From Cenarchaeum sp. (GTDB lineage: Archaea > Thermoproteota > Nitrososphaeria > Nitrososphaerales > Nitrosopumilaceae), in assembly GCA_963692915.1 (NCBI GenBank), contig OY843584.1, forward strand, positions 160,001 to 224,000: a DNA stretch of 64,000 nt, written 5' to 3'. A program made the position numbers and the translations under genes. The notes beneath the pieces were generated by a model. That model saw nothing but the letters and a program-made list of their open reading frames with translations. It did not search any database and was not told the origin of the DNA. Positions 50,445 through 58,189 of the stretch are shown here, piece by piece. Position 1 is the stretch's first letter. The number at the start of each line of letters is the position of its first letter.

Positions 50445-51194
50445 TTGCTTCCGCTGCGTGATGAGAATCCACACCCTCCGGGATTCAAGCCAAAGGTGAC
50501 AATATTCCTAATCATCGCCAACGTTGTGGTGTTCTTCTTCGAGGTGGCGATCACCGGACAGTTCTGGGAGTTTGGCAACAATGCGGCTGCGCGCATGTTC
50601 TACGAGTGGGGCGCCGTGCCGGCGTGCGTCACGGGCACGGCTAGCATAGTCTCCTCGTGCCCCGAGATGCCATACTTTTCAATGCTGAGCTCGACGTTCA
50701 TGCATGGCGGCCTCATGCACCTTGGCGGCAACATGCTATTTCTGTGGATATTTGGCGACAATATCGAGCTAAAGTTCGGGCGTGGGGCATTTTTGGCAAT
50801 ATACCTCGCATGGGGCATACTCGCCGGCCTTGCGCATATCGCAATAGACCCCGACAGCATGATTCCGGCAGTTGGCGCCTCTGGCGCAATATCAGGCGTG
50901 CTCGGCGCGTACCTTGTCCTGTTTCCGAGGGCAAAGATAATGACATTCATGATGCTCGGCTTTTTTTGGCGCATGATGCACATCGAGGCAAAGTGGTTTC
51001 TGCCCTTTTGGCTCGTCTTTCAGAACCTCCTGCCGTTCTTTGTCAGCGGGTTTGGCATAGCGGGCGGGGGCGTGGCGTACATGGCCCACATTGGCGGCTT
51101 TGTCGCCGGAGTCGCCGTCGCGTATGCGTACAAGAGAACGCACCGCTCTGACTATATGTACGGGAGGCGGTACGGGTATGGGCAAGAGGGCTAG
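50445..51194 (+). CDS. Rhomboid intramembrane serine protease
   Basis: FMHGG..HLGGNM, GASGAISG, AHIGGF. Confidence 0.92.
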   Translation: MLPLRDENPHPPGFKPKVTIFLIIANVVVFFFEVAITGQFWEFGNNAAARMFYEWGAVPACVTGTASIVSSCPEMPYFSMLSSTFMHGGLMHLGGNMLFLWIFGDNIELKFGRGAFLAIYLAWGILAGLAHIAIDPDSMIPAVGASGAISGVLGAYLVLFPRAKIMTFMMLGFFWRMMHIEAKWFLPFWLVFQNLLPFFVSGFGIAGGGVAYMAHIGGFVAGVAVAYAYKRTHRSDYMYGRRYGYGQEG

Positions 51195-51249
51195 CGCGCC
51201 GGCCTCGCACATGCCCCGTGCGCATTTGCGCATTCATGCGCGTCGTGCA

Positions 51250-51450
51250 CTATTGCCCCTGGCCAGACATGAGGAGCCTGCGGCTGCTGCGCCATATCTT
51301 TGGTCCCCACTCCCAAACCAAATAGCCAATGGACGAATACCCAAATGCGGCAAATGCAGTAACGAAAAACTCTCTCCATATGTTGTCCATGGGGAGAAGG
51401 AAAGGCCACGACAACCAGTATAGGATTTCAGAAATGTCCATGTCGTACAT
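51250..51450 (-). CDS. Possible small Trp-rich membrane protein
   Basis: 66-aa hydrophobic ORF in a lower-GC patch; no recognised family. Confidence 0.3.
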   Translation of the reverse strand: MYDMDISEILYWLSWPFLLPMDNIWREFFVTAFAAFGYSSIGYLVWEWGPKIWRSSRRLLMSGQGQ

Positions 51451-51870
51451 CTCGCGTCAGCTCGTCTGGGATCACCTGGATGCCATGGCGGCCTTTGTGA
51501 CCATGGTCACTCGACTCGGTCATCTTTTGGCCGCGAGACCAAAAATGATGGCTGCCATAGCGACTAGTCCGATCACAATGCCGATGGTGCCTGTCTCTGC
51601 CACTATTATAGGAGTCTTCAACGGACATGGAGTCATTGGGCTGTGCGGATGGCTTTACAAAGTTGGACAACGCCATTATTGGTTTCCTGCCGAGCAGTCT
51701 TTTCGGCGCGCTCGGCTGGAATGTTCCGGTTGTGGTCATGAGGACACCAGGGAACGCAACACGTGGCATGAGCATATTGGCGTGGATGGCCACACGAGCG
51801 CAGATCGCATTATTCATCAAGACGGCAAAACGCACATTGCTATATCATTGTTGGCGCCGATCTCAGGTGC

Positions 51871-51920
51871 TGCCTTGCACGAAAAGTAGACTGGGCAGGA
51901 ATGCCTGCAGGGCGCAGATC
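51871..51920 (+). mobile_element. Degenerate left-end remnant of the IS481 element
   Basis: TGCCTTGCACGAAAAGTAGACTGGGCAGGAATGCCTGCAGGGCGCAGATC vs IS end TGCCTTGTACGAAAAGTAGTAGACTGGGCAGGAATGCTTGCCGGGCGCAGATC. Confidence 0.85.
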
Positions 51921-52049
51921 AGGAACCGCGCTAAACGACGAACACATGCGCCCCCAAGACTCCCCCGGCGGGCCGTTGGCACCTGCGCATGATCGGCTGC
52001 CGGCCCGCGCCGACTCGGTTAAATTGGGCCACATGTGGCGCGCAGGACA

Positions 52050-52226
52050 ATGCCCCTCATAACCGTCTCAATGTACCCTGGGCGCAGCGCCGAGCAAAAG
52101 GAAAAGTTTGCCGCCGCCGTGACCGAGTCTGCCAAGAGCATCCTCGGCGCCGGCGAGTCGCACGTCATAGTGGTCTTTGAGGAGAACGAGCGCGAGAACT
52201 GGTACCAGGCCGGACGGCGCCTCTAG
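52050..52226 (+). CDS. 4-oxalocrotonate tautomerase-family protein
   Basis: N-terminal Pro, GRSAEQK, ENWYQAG; 58 aa. Confidence 0.88.
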   Translation: MPLITVSMYPGRSAEQKEKFAAAVTESAKSILGAGESHVIVVFEENERENWYQAGRRL

Positions 52227-52267
52227 GGCACGATGCCTTATTTGGGGCGCGCCGGAGGCTGCAGGCC

Positions 52268-53062
52268 ATGACGCGCGTGGGAGTCGTGCAAATGCGCGCC
52301 TCAACTGACAAGGCGGCCAACCTGGAGGGCATACTAGATGCCATCTCGCGTGCCGCCTCGATGCGCTGCGCGCTAGTGGCGTTTCCCGAGTACATGATGT
52401 TCTATGTGGGCGCGCGCACGCCGCGCGAGGTTGCCAATGACGCCGAGGGGCTTGACGGCGACTTTGTCAAGTCGATATCGCGCGTGGCGCGCGAGCGCCA
52501 AATCCATGTCATTGGGACGATATACGAAAAGAGCCGGCTCGCCAACCGCGTGCATGACACGGCGTTTCATGTCGACTCGGCAGGTCGCCTTGCCGCAGCA
52601 TACCAAAAGGCGCACCTCTATGACGCGCTGGGAACCAAAGAGTCGCGCATACTCTTGCGCGGCGACCGCTTTGCGCGACCACAGCCCACGCCGGCAGGCA
52701 GGACCGGGATGCTGATCTGCTATGACCTGCGCTTCCCCGAGGCATCGCGCCGCCTCGCCCTGGACGGCTCGGACATGATAGTCGCGCCATCAGCCTGGGT
52801 TCGCGGGCCGGGAAAGGAGTCGCAATGGGTTGCGCTAAACCGCGCGCGCGCAATAGAGAACGGCTGCTATGTCATTGCGCCCGCACACGTCGGAAACGCC
52901 TACTGCGGGAGGAGCCTTGCCGTCGATCCCTCCGGAAAGGTTCTCCTTGACATGAAAAAGCGACGCGGAATATCCACAGTTGACGTCTCTGCTGCAGTGG
53001 TGCGCCGCGTGCGCCGGGCGATGCCGCTACTTGCGAGCCGACGAACCGACATGTACCGCTAG
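52268..53062 (+). CDS. Carbon-nitrogen hydrolase (Nit/amidase family)
   Basis: FPE, YQKAHLYD, ICYDLRFPE, RAIEN. Confidence 0.9.
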   Translation: MTRVGVVQMRASTDKAANLEGILDAISRAASMRCALVAFPEYMMFYVGARTPREVANDAEGLDGDFVKSISRVARERQIHVIGTIYEKSRLANRVHDTAFHVDSAGRLAAAYQKAHLYDALGTKESRILLRGDRFARPQPTPAGRTGMLICYDLRFPEASRRLALDGSDMIVAPSAWVRGPGKESQWVALNRARAIENGCYVIAPAHVGNAYCGRSLAVDPSGKVLLDMKKRRGISTVDVSAAVVRRVRRAMPLLASRRTDMYR

Positions 53063-53517
53063 GGACTTGCGCGCGCGGGGCACTCGTGGTTTGTGCACAT
53101 TCTGGTCCACTTTGCGGTTCGCGTATAGCGGTATATCGCCATGGGCCATGCGCACTCGGGGCACGCCTGCTTTAGGGCGCGCAGGCGCGCCCTCTGCGGC
53201 AGCGGCGAGGACGCGTCGCACCCGTTGAGATAGTTTGAGCACCCGATGAACCTCTTGCGCGTCCTGCGCGAGCGAACTAGCATGAGCATGCCTGTCCGGC
53301 ACGAGGGGCACCTGACTAGCCCGCTGCGCGGCGAGCGGGTTCCCAGGATCGTATAGATGCGTGCACGGGTCGACCATGCGAGGTAGCCTCCAGGGTCGAG
53401 ATACTCGTCGAGCTCTGCCCTGAGCAGGCGCACGTCGCGCGCGCCGCTAGAGGCCGTATGGCTTCCGGCAGGGCGCATCGCCACCACGCGCGCCGATTCT
53501 GATGCCCGTCTTGCCAT
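53059..53517 (-). CDS. Topoisomerase-type C4 zinc-finger protein
   Basis: CPSC...FIGCSNY..C...CPEC...CTNHEC. Confidence 0.75.
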   Translation of the reverse strand: MARRASESARVVAMRPAGSHTASSGARDVRLLRAELDEYLDPGGYLAWSTRARIYTILGTRSPRSGLVRCPSCRTGMLMLVRSRRTRKRFIGCSNYLNGCDASSPLPQRARLRALKQACPECAWPMAIYRYTRTAKWTRMCTNHECPARASP

Positions 53518-53569
53518 CACCGCCATGTCGGTCACGCGTTTTTATAGGGGCCACAAGTCATCTTTCTTT

Positions 53570-54724
53570 GTGGAAAAGGTGTGTGTGCTGGGAGCCGGCA
53601 GCACGCGATATGGCAAGCTCGACGAAAGCCTCGTGGAGATGATAGTTGACTCGTCGGCCGGCGCCATGGACGATGCGGGAATTGAGCCGCGCGAGATTGG
53701 CGCTGCCTACATATCCAACGTCTTTGGCATAGCCGACAAGCAGGTTCACCTCGGGCCAGTTATTATGAGCCGCCTTGGAATACCCGAACGCCCATCGCTG
53801 TCCATAGAGTCAGCATGCGGGAGCGGCTCAGTCTCGTTCCGCGAGGCATACGCCAACGTGGCAGCGGGGTTCTATGACGCGGTTCTCGTGACTGGCGCAG
53901 AAAAGGTCACGCACACGGGTACGGCGTGGACCACGACCTACTTTGCCTACTGTTCGGACTTTTTCTACGAGGGCAGCGCCGGCGCGTCGTTTCCTGGACT
54001 CTTTGCGTCTATGGCCCGCGCGTACATGTCCGAATATGGGGCGACTGAGGAGGACTTTGCGCGCGTCGCAGTCAAGAACCACGACAACGGAATCCTGAAC
54101 CCAAAGGCCCACCTGCGCAAAAAGATAAGCGTCGATGACGTTCTGGGCTCAGCAGTGGTCGCAAGCCCGCTAAAGCTGTATGACTGCTGCCCGTTCTCTG
54201 ATGGCGCAAGCTCTGTCATACTCTGCAGCGAAAAGTTTGCAAGGGATCATGGTGGCAAGTACGTCGAGGTCGCCGGCTCTGGCCGTGGGGGCTCGCCGGC
54301 TGCCCTGCAGGACAGGGGACACATGACGACGATCGACAGCACGCGCATAGCGTCAGAGGCGGCCTACAAGATGGCCGGAGTGACGCCCTCTGACATTGAC
54401 TTTGCGGAGGTTCATGACTGCTTTACGATAGCCGAGGTCGTCAACAGCGAGGATCTCGGATTTTTTGAAAAGGGCAAGGGCGTAGAGGCCGCACGCGATG
54501 GCAAGACGGCACGCAACGGCGAGATCCCACTAAACCCGTCTGGAGGCCTAAAGTCAAAGGGGCACCCAATCGGTGCCACTGGCGTGGGCCAGGTCGTCGA
54601 GGCATACGAGCAGCTTACCGGCGCTGCCGGAGAGCGCACGGTTTCTGGAGCCGAGATTGGCCTGACACACAACTTTGGCGCAACAGGTGCAAGCTGCGCG
54701 GTTCACATATTTCGGAGCGTATGA
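53570..54724 (+). CDS. Acetyl-CoA acetyltransferase (thiolase)
   Basis: ESACGSG, EVHDCF, NPSGGLKSKGHPIGATG. Confidence 0.92.
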   Translation: MEKVCVLGAGSTRYGKLDESLVEMIVDSSAGAMDDAGIEPREIGAAYISNVFGIADKQVHLGPVIMSRLGIPERPSLSIESACGSGSVSFREAYANVAAGFYDAVLVTGAEKVTHTGTAWTTTYFAYCSDFFYEGSAGASFPGLFASMARAYMSEYGATEEDFARVAVKNHDNGILNPKAHLRKKISVDDVLGSAVVASPLKLYDCCPFSDGASSVILCSEKFARDHGGKYVEVAGSGRGGSPAALQDRGHMTTIDSTRIASEAAYKMAGVTPSDIDFAEVHDCFTIAEVVNSEDLGFFEKGKGVEAARDGKTARNGEIPLNPSGGLKSKGHPIGATGVGQVVEAYEQLTGAAGERTVSGAEIGLTHNFGATGASCAVHIFRSV

Positions 54725-55092
54725 TCATGTCAACTAGGGAAGAGTTTGCAAGCAGCGCAAAATCAGGCAAGGTTCTTGCGTCAAAGTGTCCCAAGTGCGG
54801 CACGCTCCACCTCGCAATGTCGTTGTTCTGCTCAAAGTGCGGCGCTCGCGGGCTAGTGCCCGAAGAGGTTGATGGGCATGGGACAGTTGTGACATACACC
54901 ATAATCACCGTCGCCCCTGACGGATTTGAGGCTCATACGCCATACGCGTGGGTTGTCATGGCCATCGAAGGCACGAAACTGCGCGTCTCGGGGTTTATGG
55001 CTGCCATAGCCACGCCGGCAGACCTTCCGGTGGGGACGCGCGTGAAGATCGTTGGCCATGACGAGCGTGGCATTCTCATAGAGCGCAGCTAG
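54721..55092 (+). CDS. DUF35 Zn-ribbon/OB-fold thiolase partner
   Basis: CPKC..CSKC, PYAWVV OB fold; coupled to thiolase. Confidence 0.85.
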   Translation: MIMSTREEFASSAKSGKVLASKCPKCGTLHLAMSLFCSKCGARGLVPEEVDGHGTVVTYTIITVAPDGFEAHTPYAWVVMAIEGTKLRVSGFMAAIATPADLPVGTRVKIVGHDERGILIERS

Positions 55093-55163
55093 AAACAATT
55101 TACGCGCATACGCAACAAATTGCGATCCCACGGTTAATTACTTGCCACGTGTCGTGCCTGCCC

Positions 55164-55331
55164 ATGTCAGTGGACATTGTCTGCGGCGAGTGTGGCAAGC
55201 TCATACACAGGACGAGCATGCTAAAGCCCGTCAAGGAGGTTGTGACCAAAGAAATGGAAACTTGCGACCGGTGCGGCAGCATGCTCTCCACTAGCGAGTT
55301 CTCTGTTGACGCCCGCGAAATTGGCGAGTGA
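55164..55331 (+). CDS. Small zinc-ribbon protein
   Basis: CGECG...CDRCG; 55 aa. Confidence 0.6.
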   Translation: MSVDIVCGECGKLIHRTSMLKPVKEVVTKEMETCDRCGSMLSTSEFSVDAREIGE

Positions 55332-55628
55332 GCGCACGCGTGGGCGTCAGCGCACCCGTGCCCCACACACGGTTCCGTCATGGCCTGGGCGTGGGCGGCA
55401 CCACCGTGGAGATCGGCGTGCCTGACTCTGCTCTGTTCGGGATATGGTAGATTCCTGCTGCCCAGGGTCTCCCTGGCGCCTGCGCGTGTGACAGGGAACC
55501 ACAGTGTGGTCATGGCGCAAAACGCCGCCTGGCATGGGTGAGTCAGGCCCGGCGATGCGCGCATGCGACACGGGAGGGCGGCGGCTCCCCATGGGCGCAG
55601 CTGAAAAACCTGCAGGTCGGTGTGGCGT

Positions 55629-55681
55629 CACATGCGATCTAGATCGCATGTGGTGCGATGATCCTGCGATCTAGATCGCAG
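55629..55681. promoter_or_regulatory. Two perfect palindromes (core TGCGATCTAGATCGCA), candidate tandem operator
   Basis: 24-bp CACATGCGATCTAGATCGCATGTG (55629-55652) and 18-bp CTGCGATCTAGATCGCAG (55664-55681); centres 32 bp apart. Confidence 0.55.
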
Positions 55682-55883
55682 CGATGCCTCCTCGGGTCAG
55701 ATACGTGGCCGCACTAGGCCATTTCCATGCCATAAACATTCCACGTTAATGCAAAATATGGCGCAAACTCTGAAAAATGTGGTTAACAGTGTCCAAATTG
55801 TGCCGACGCTGATCGGTGGATGCTAAAAACTGCGATCACGAGAGCGCTCCGGGCACACTGCACAAGTTTTATCTACAAGCCTT

Positions 55884-57983
55884 ATGCCTGCGGTGCGCAT
55901 GGCCATGGAGGAACCAAATGAGCCGCGCCGTGACGGCCTAGAGCGATCTACATCGCGCAGGGTTCGCATGATATTTTCGGTCATGGCTAGCCCAAATCGC
56001 ATAGACATCCTCCGAATACTCAACTCAAAGGGGCCGCTCACCTACTCGGAGCTAAAGTCGCTAGCCGGATTCAAGTCAAAAAAGGAGAGCGGCAAGTTCG
56101 CCTACCACCTGCGCAAGCTCCTCAAGCAGGCACTCGTGACGCTCAACAAGTCCGAGAAGCGCTATACCATAACCAACCTTGGCAAGCTCGTCCTGAGCCT
56201 TGCCCGCCAGATCGAGGAGCGCTCGATCATCGAGAGCGGCAAGATGTACGTGCGCACGTCGCACGAGTCCATCGAAGAGTTCAAGCCCTACAAGATAACG
56301 CAGTCGCTGACCCGCGAGGGTGGCCTCCCGCCAGAGCTTGCCCAAAAGATCACCGAGGAGGTAGAGAACCGCATCTACAAGTACCAGACGACATACCTGA
56401 CCGGCTCGCTCATACGCGAGATGGTCAACTCTGTCCTCCTAGAGCACGGCAATGAAGAGTACCGCAACAAGCTCGCGCGACTTGGTCTGCCCGTCTATGA
56501 CATAAACGAGATGCTCTCTAACGTGGTCAACGAAGACAATGGAGTCGAGGGTCTACTGTTCCGCACGGGTCAGGAAGTCTTCGCCGAACACCTCCTCACT
56601 AACATGCTCTCAAAGGATGTTGCTGACTCGCACCTTTCCGGTGACCTGCACATAACAAACCCCGGCGTCTGGTCAATGCTGCCTGACACGATATTTGTCA
56701 ACATCAAGGATCTCCTCGACGAGGGCATCGACTTGGGTGGCAAGCTTCCTGATGCGGCACGGCCAGGCGCGCCAAAGTCCGCCGAGGATTTGGGCGCGCT
56801 CCTATCAGTCGCGATATCGCTCCTCTCGCGCGAGGCCTCGCAGGAGCTTGTCATTGACGGCCTTGTGCCCATGATGACTAGGCACTCAAAGGAGGGCGTC
56901 GACCTTGAGAGGAGAATAGCTGACGCGCTAGTGACGTCATCTGTTGCGCCAAAGTACAACTCGCATCCAACGCTCGTCACAATTCGCGTTCCGCTAGGGC
57001 ATGACACAAAGACCGTCTCGACGATCCTTGCGGCATACCTGCGCTATGCGCGCCTCACACCAACGCCACGCGTTGGGATACTAATCGACAACTCGCGTGG
57101 CAAGGTGTCTGACGTGTCAGATGCAGTCTCTGAGATTGTCGCACTGGGCGGCCACGTTGCATTTTCAAAGGGTCTATCCTCGTGGGGCGGCATTGCAGTC
57201 GCGCCACACGAGACCAACGGGTCGCTCTCTGTCCACCTCGCCTCCGTCTCGCTAAACCTCCCGCGCCTCGCCCTAGAGTCAAACAAGGACGAGGTGTACT
57301 TTCGTGCGCGGCTTGCGCTGATAATGACACCTGTTCTCGAGTCCATGGCTCACCGTAAAAAGGCCATCTCTGACCTGACTAGGCGCGGTCTCAACCCGAT
57401 TCTGGCACGAAACACGCAATACATGCAAAAAATCTCCTTTTCGCTCGACGTGAACATCATAGGCCTGCGCGAGGCCGTCACTGACATACTCCAGTGCGGT
57501 GATCGCAGCGAAGCCGTCATGCAAAAGGTTCTCGAGACTACCCTTGACATCGCCTCCAAAAAGGGCAAGGAGACCGGAGATGACGTGCGCGTGAGCATGA
57601 TCGACAGCGACGCGAAGGCTCGCTTTGCGTCACTCGACGGCGCAAAGTACGGCAAGAACTCGCTCCTGAGCCTGCTCAACTCCGAGTCATACTCTGCAGG
57701 CGTCTCAGTCGCGGCAGCCGACCTGCCGGATCTAAAACCCAAGAGCGCCTCTGTCCTCGAGGCCGCACGCATGTCCGCAGCACTGGGGGGAAGCCTCCTC
57801 GTTTCAGTCAACCTGCCAGAGGGCTCCGAGCCGGCTGCGATCAAGTCGGCCGTCGAGTCGGCCGCCGGTCTCTATGGCGCGTTCCGCCCGTCGATGAGGG
57901 TGCGCACGTGCGGCGAGTGCGGCCACAAGGGCGTCGCGGCGGGATCAAAGTGCCCCAAGTGCAAGTCGCCCTGCGTCGTCTAG
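55884..57983 (+). CDS. ArsR-type HTH + ATP-cone + NrdD-like (class III RNR fold) protein lacking the glycyl-radical motif
   Basis: SPNRIDIL..AYHLRKL HTH; ATP-cone FKPYKI..IREMVN..L; DSHLSGDLHI, SLNLPRLA; ends at CxxC..CPKC. Confidence 0.75.
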   Translation: MPAVRMAMEEPNEPRRDGLERSTSRRVRMIFSVMASPNRIDILRILNSKGPLTYSELKSLAGFKSKKESGKFAYHLRKLLKQALVTLNKSEKRYTITNLGKLVLSLARQIEERSIIESGKMYVRTSHESIEEFKPYKITQSLTREGGLPPELAQKITEEVENRIYKYQTTYLTGSLIREMVNSVLLEHGNEEYRNKLARLGLPVYDINEMLSNVVNEDNGVEGLLFRTGQEVFAEHLLTNMLSKDVADSHLSGDLHITNPGVWSMLPDTIFVNIKDLLDEGIDLGGKLPDAARPGAPKSAEDLGALLSVAISLLSREASQELVIDGLVPMMTRHSKEGVDLERRIADALVTSSVAPKYNSHPTLVTIRVPLGHDTKTVSTILAAYLRYARLTPTPRVGILIDNSRGKVSDVSDAVSEIVALGGHVAFSKGLSSWGGIAVAPHETNGSLSVHLASVSLNLPRLALESNKDEVYFRARLALIMTPVLESMAHRKKAISDLTRRGLNPILARNTQYMQKISFSLDVNIIGLREAVTDILQCGDRSEAVMQKVLETTLDIASKKGKETGDDVRVSMIDSDAKARFASLDGAKYGKNSLLSLLNSESYSAGVSVAAADLPDLKPKSASVLEAARMSAALGGSLLVSVNLPEGSEPAAIKSAVESAAGLYGAFRPSMRVRTCGECGHKGVAAGSKCPKCKSPCVV

Positions 57984-58189
57984 GGCATCATCACAGGAGC
58001 TCCGATGCGCATTGGTGCGGATGTCGCACATGGAATTGCCATATTCGGCACTATTTTACCCCTTATCGAATGAATCCGTCATTTTTATCCGAATGCCGCA
58101 GGTCAATTTTCTCTCTAGTCCCGGTTGGTCCATGATCACAAGATAATCTTATAACCCGAGGGGTTTGACGCCCTGCCGGTCAGCTCATT

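Noticed and set aside
51250-51835. Possible amoC
   Set aside because: Hydrophobic ORFs lack the AmoC motifs (DGSLHQ, FTPAHWW, NEMWHFW).
55690-55880. AT-rich stretch as a replication origin
   Set aside because: No cdc6/orc1 gene or ORB motifs nearby; more simply a promoter region.
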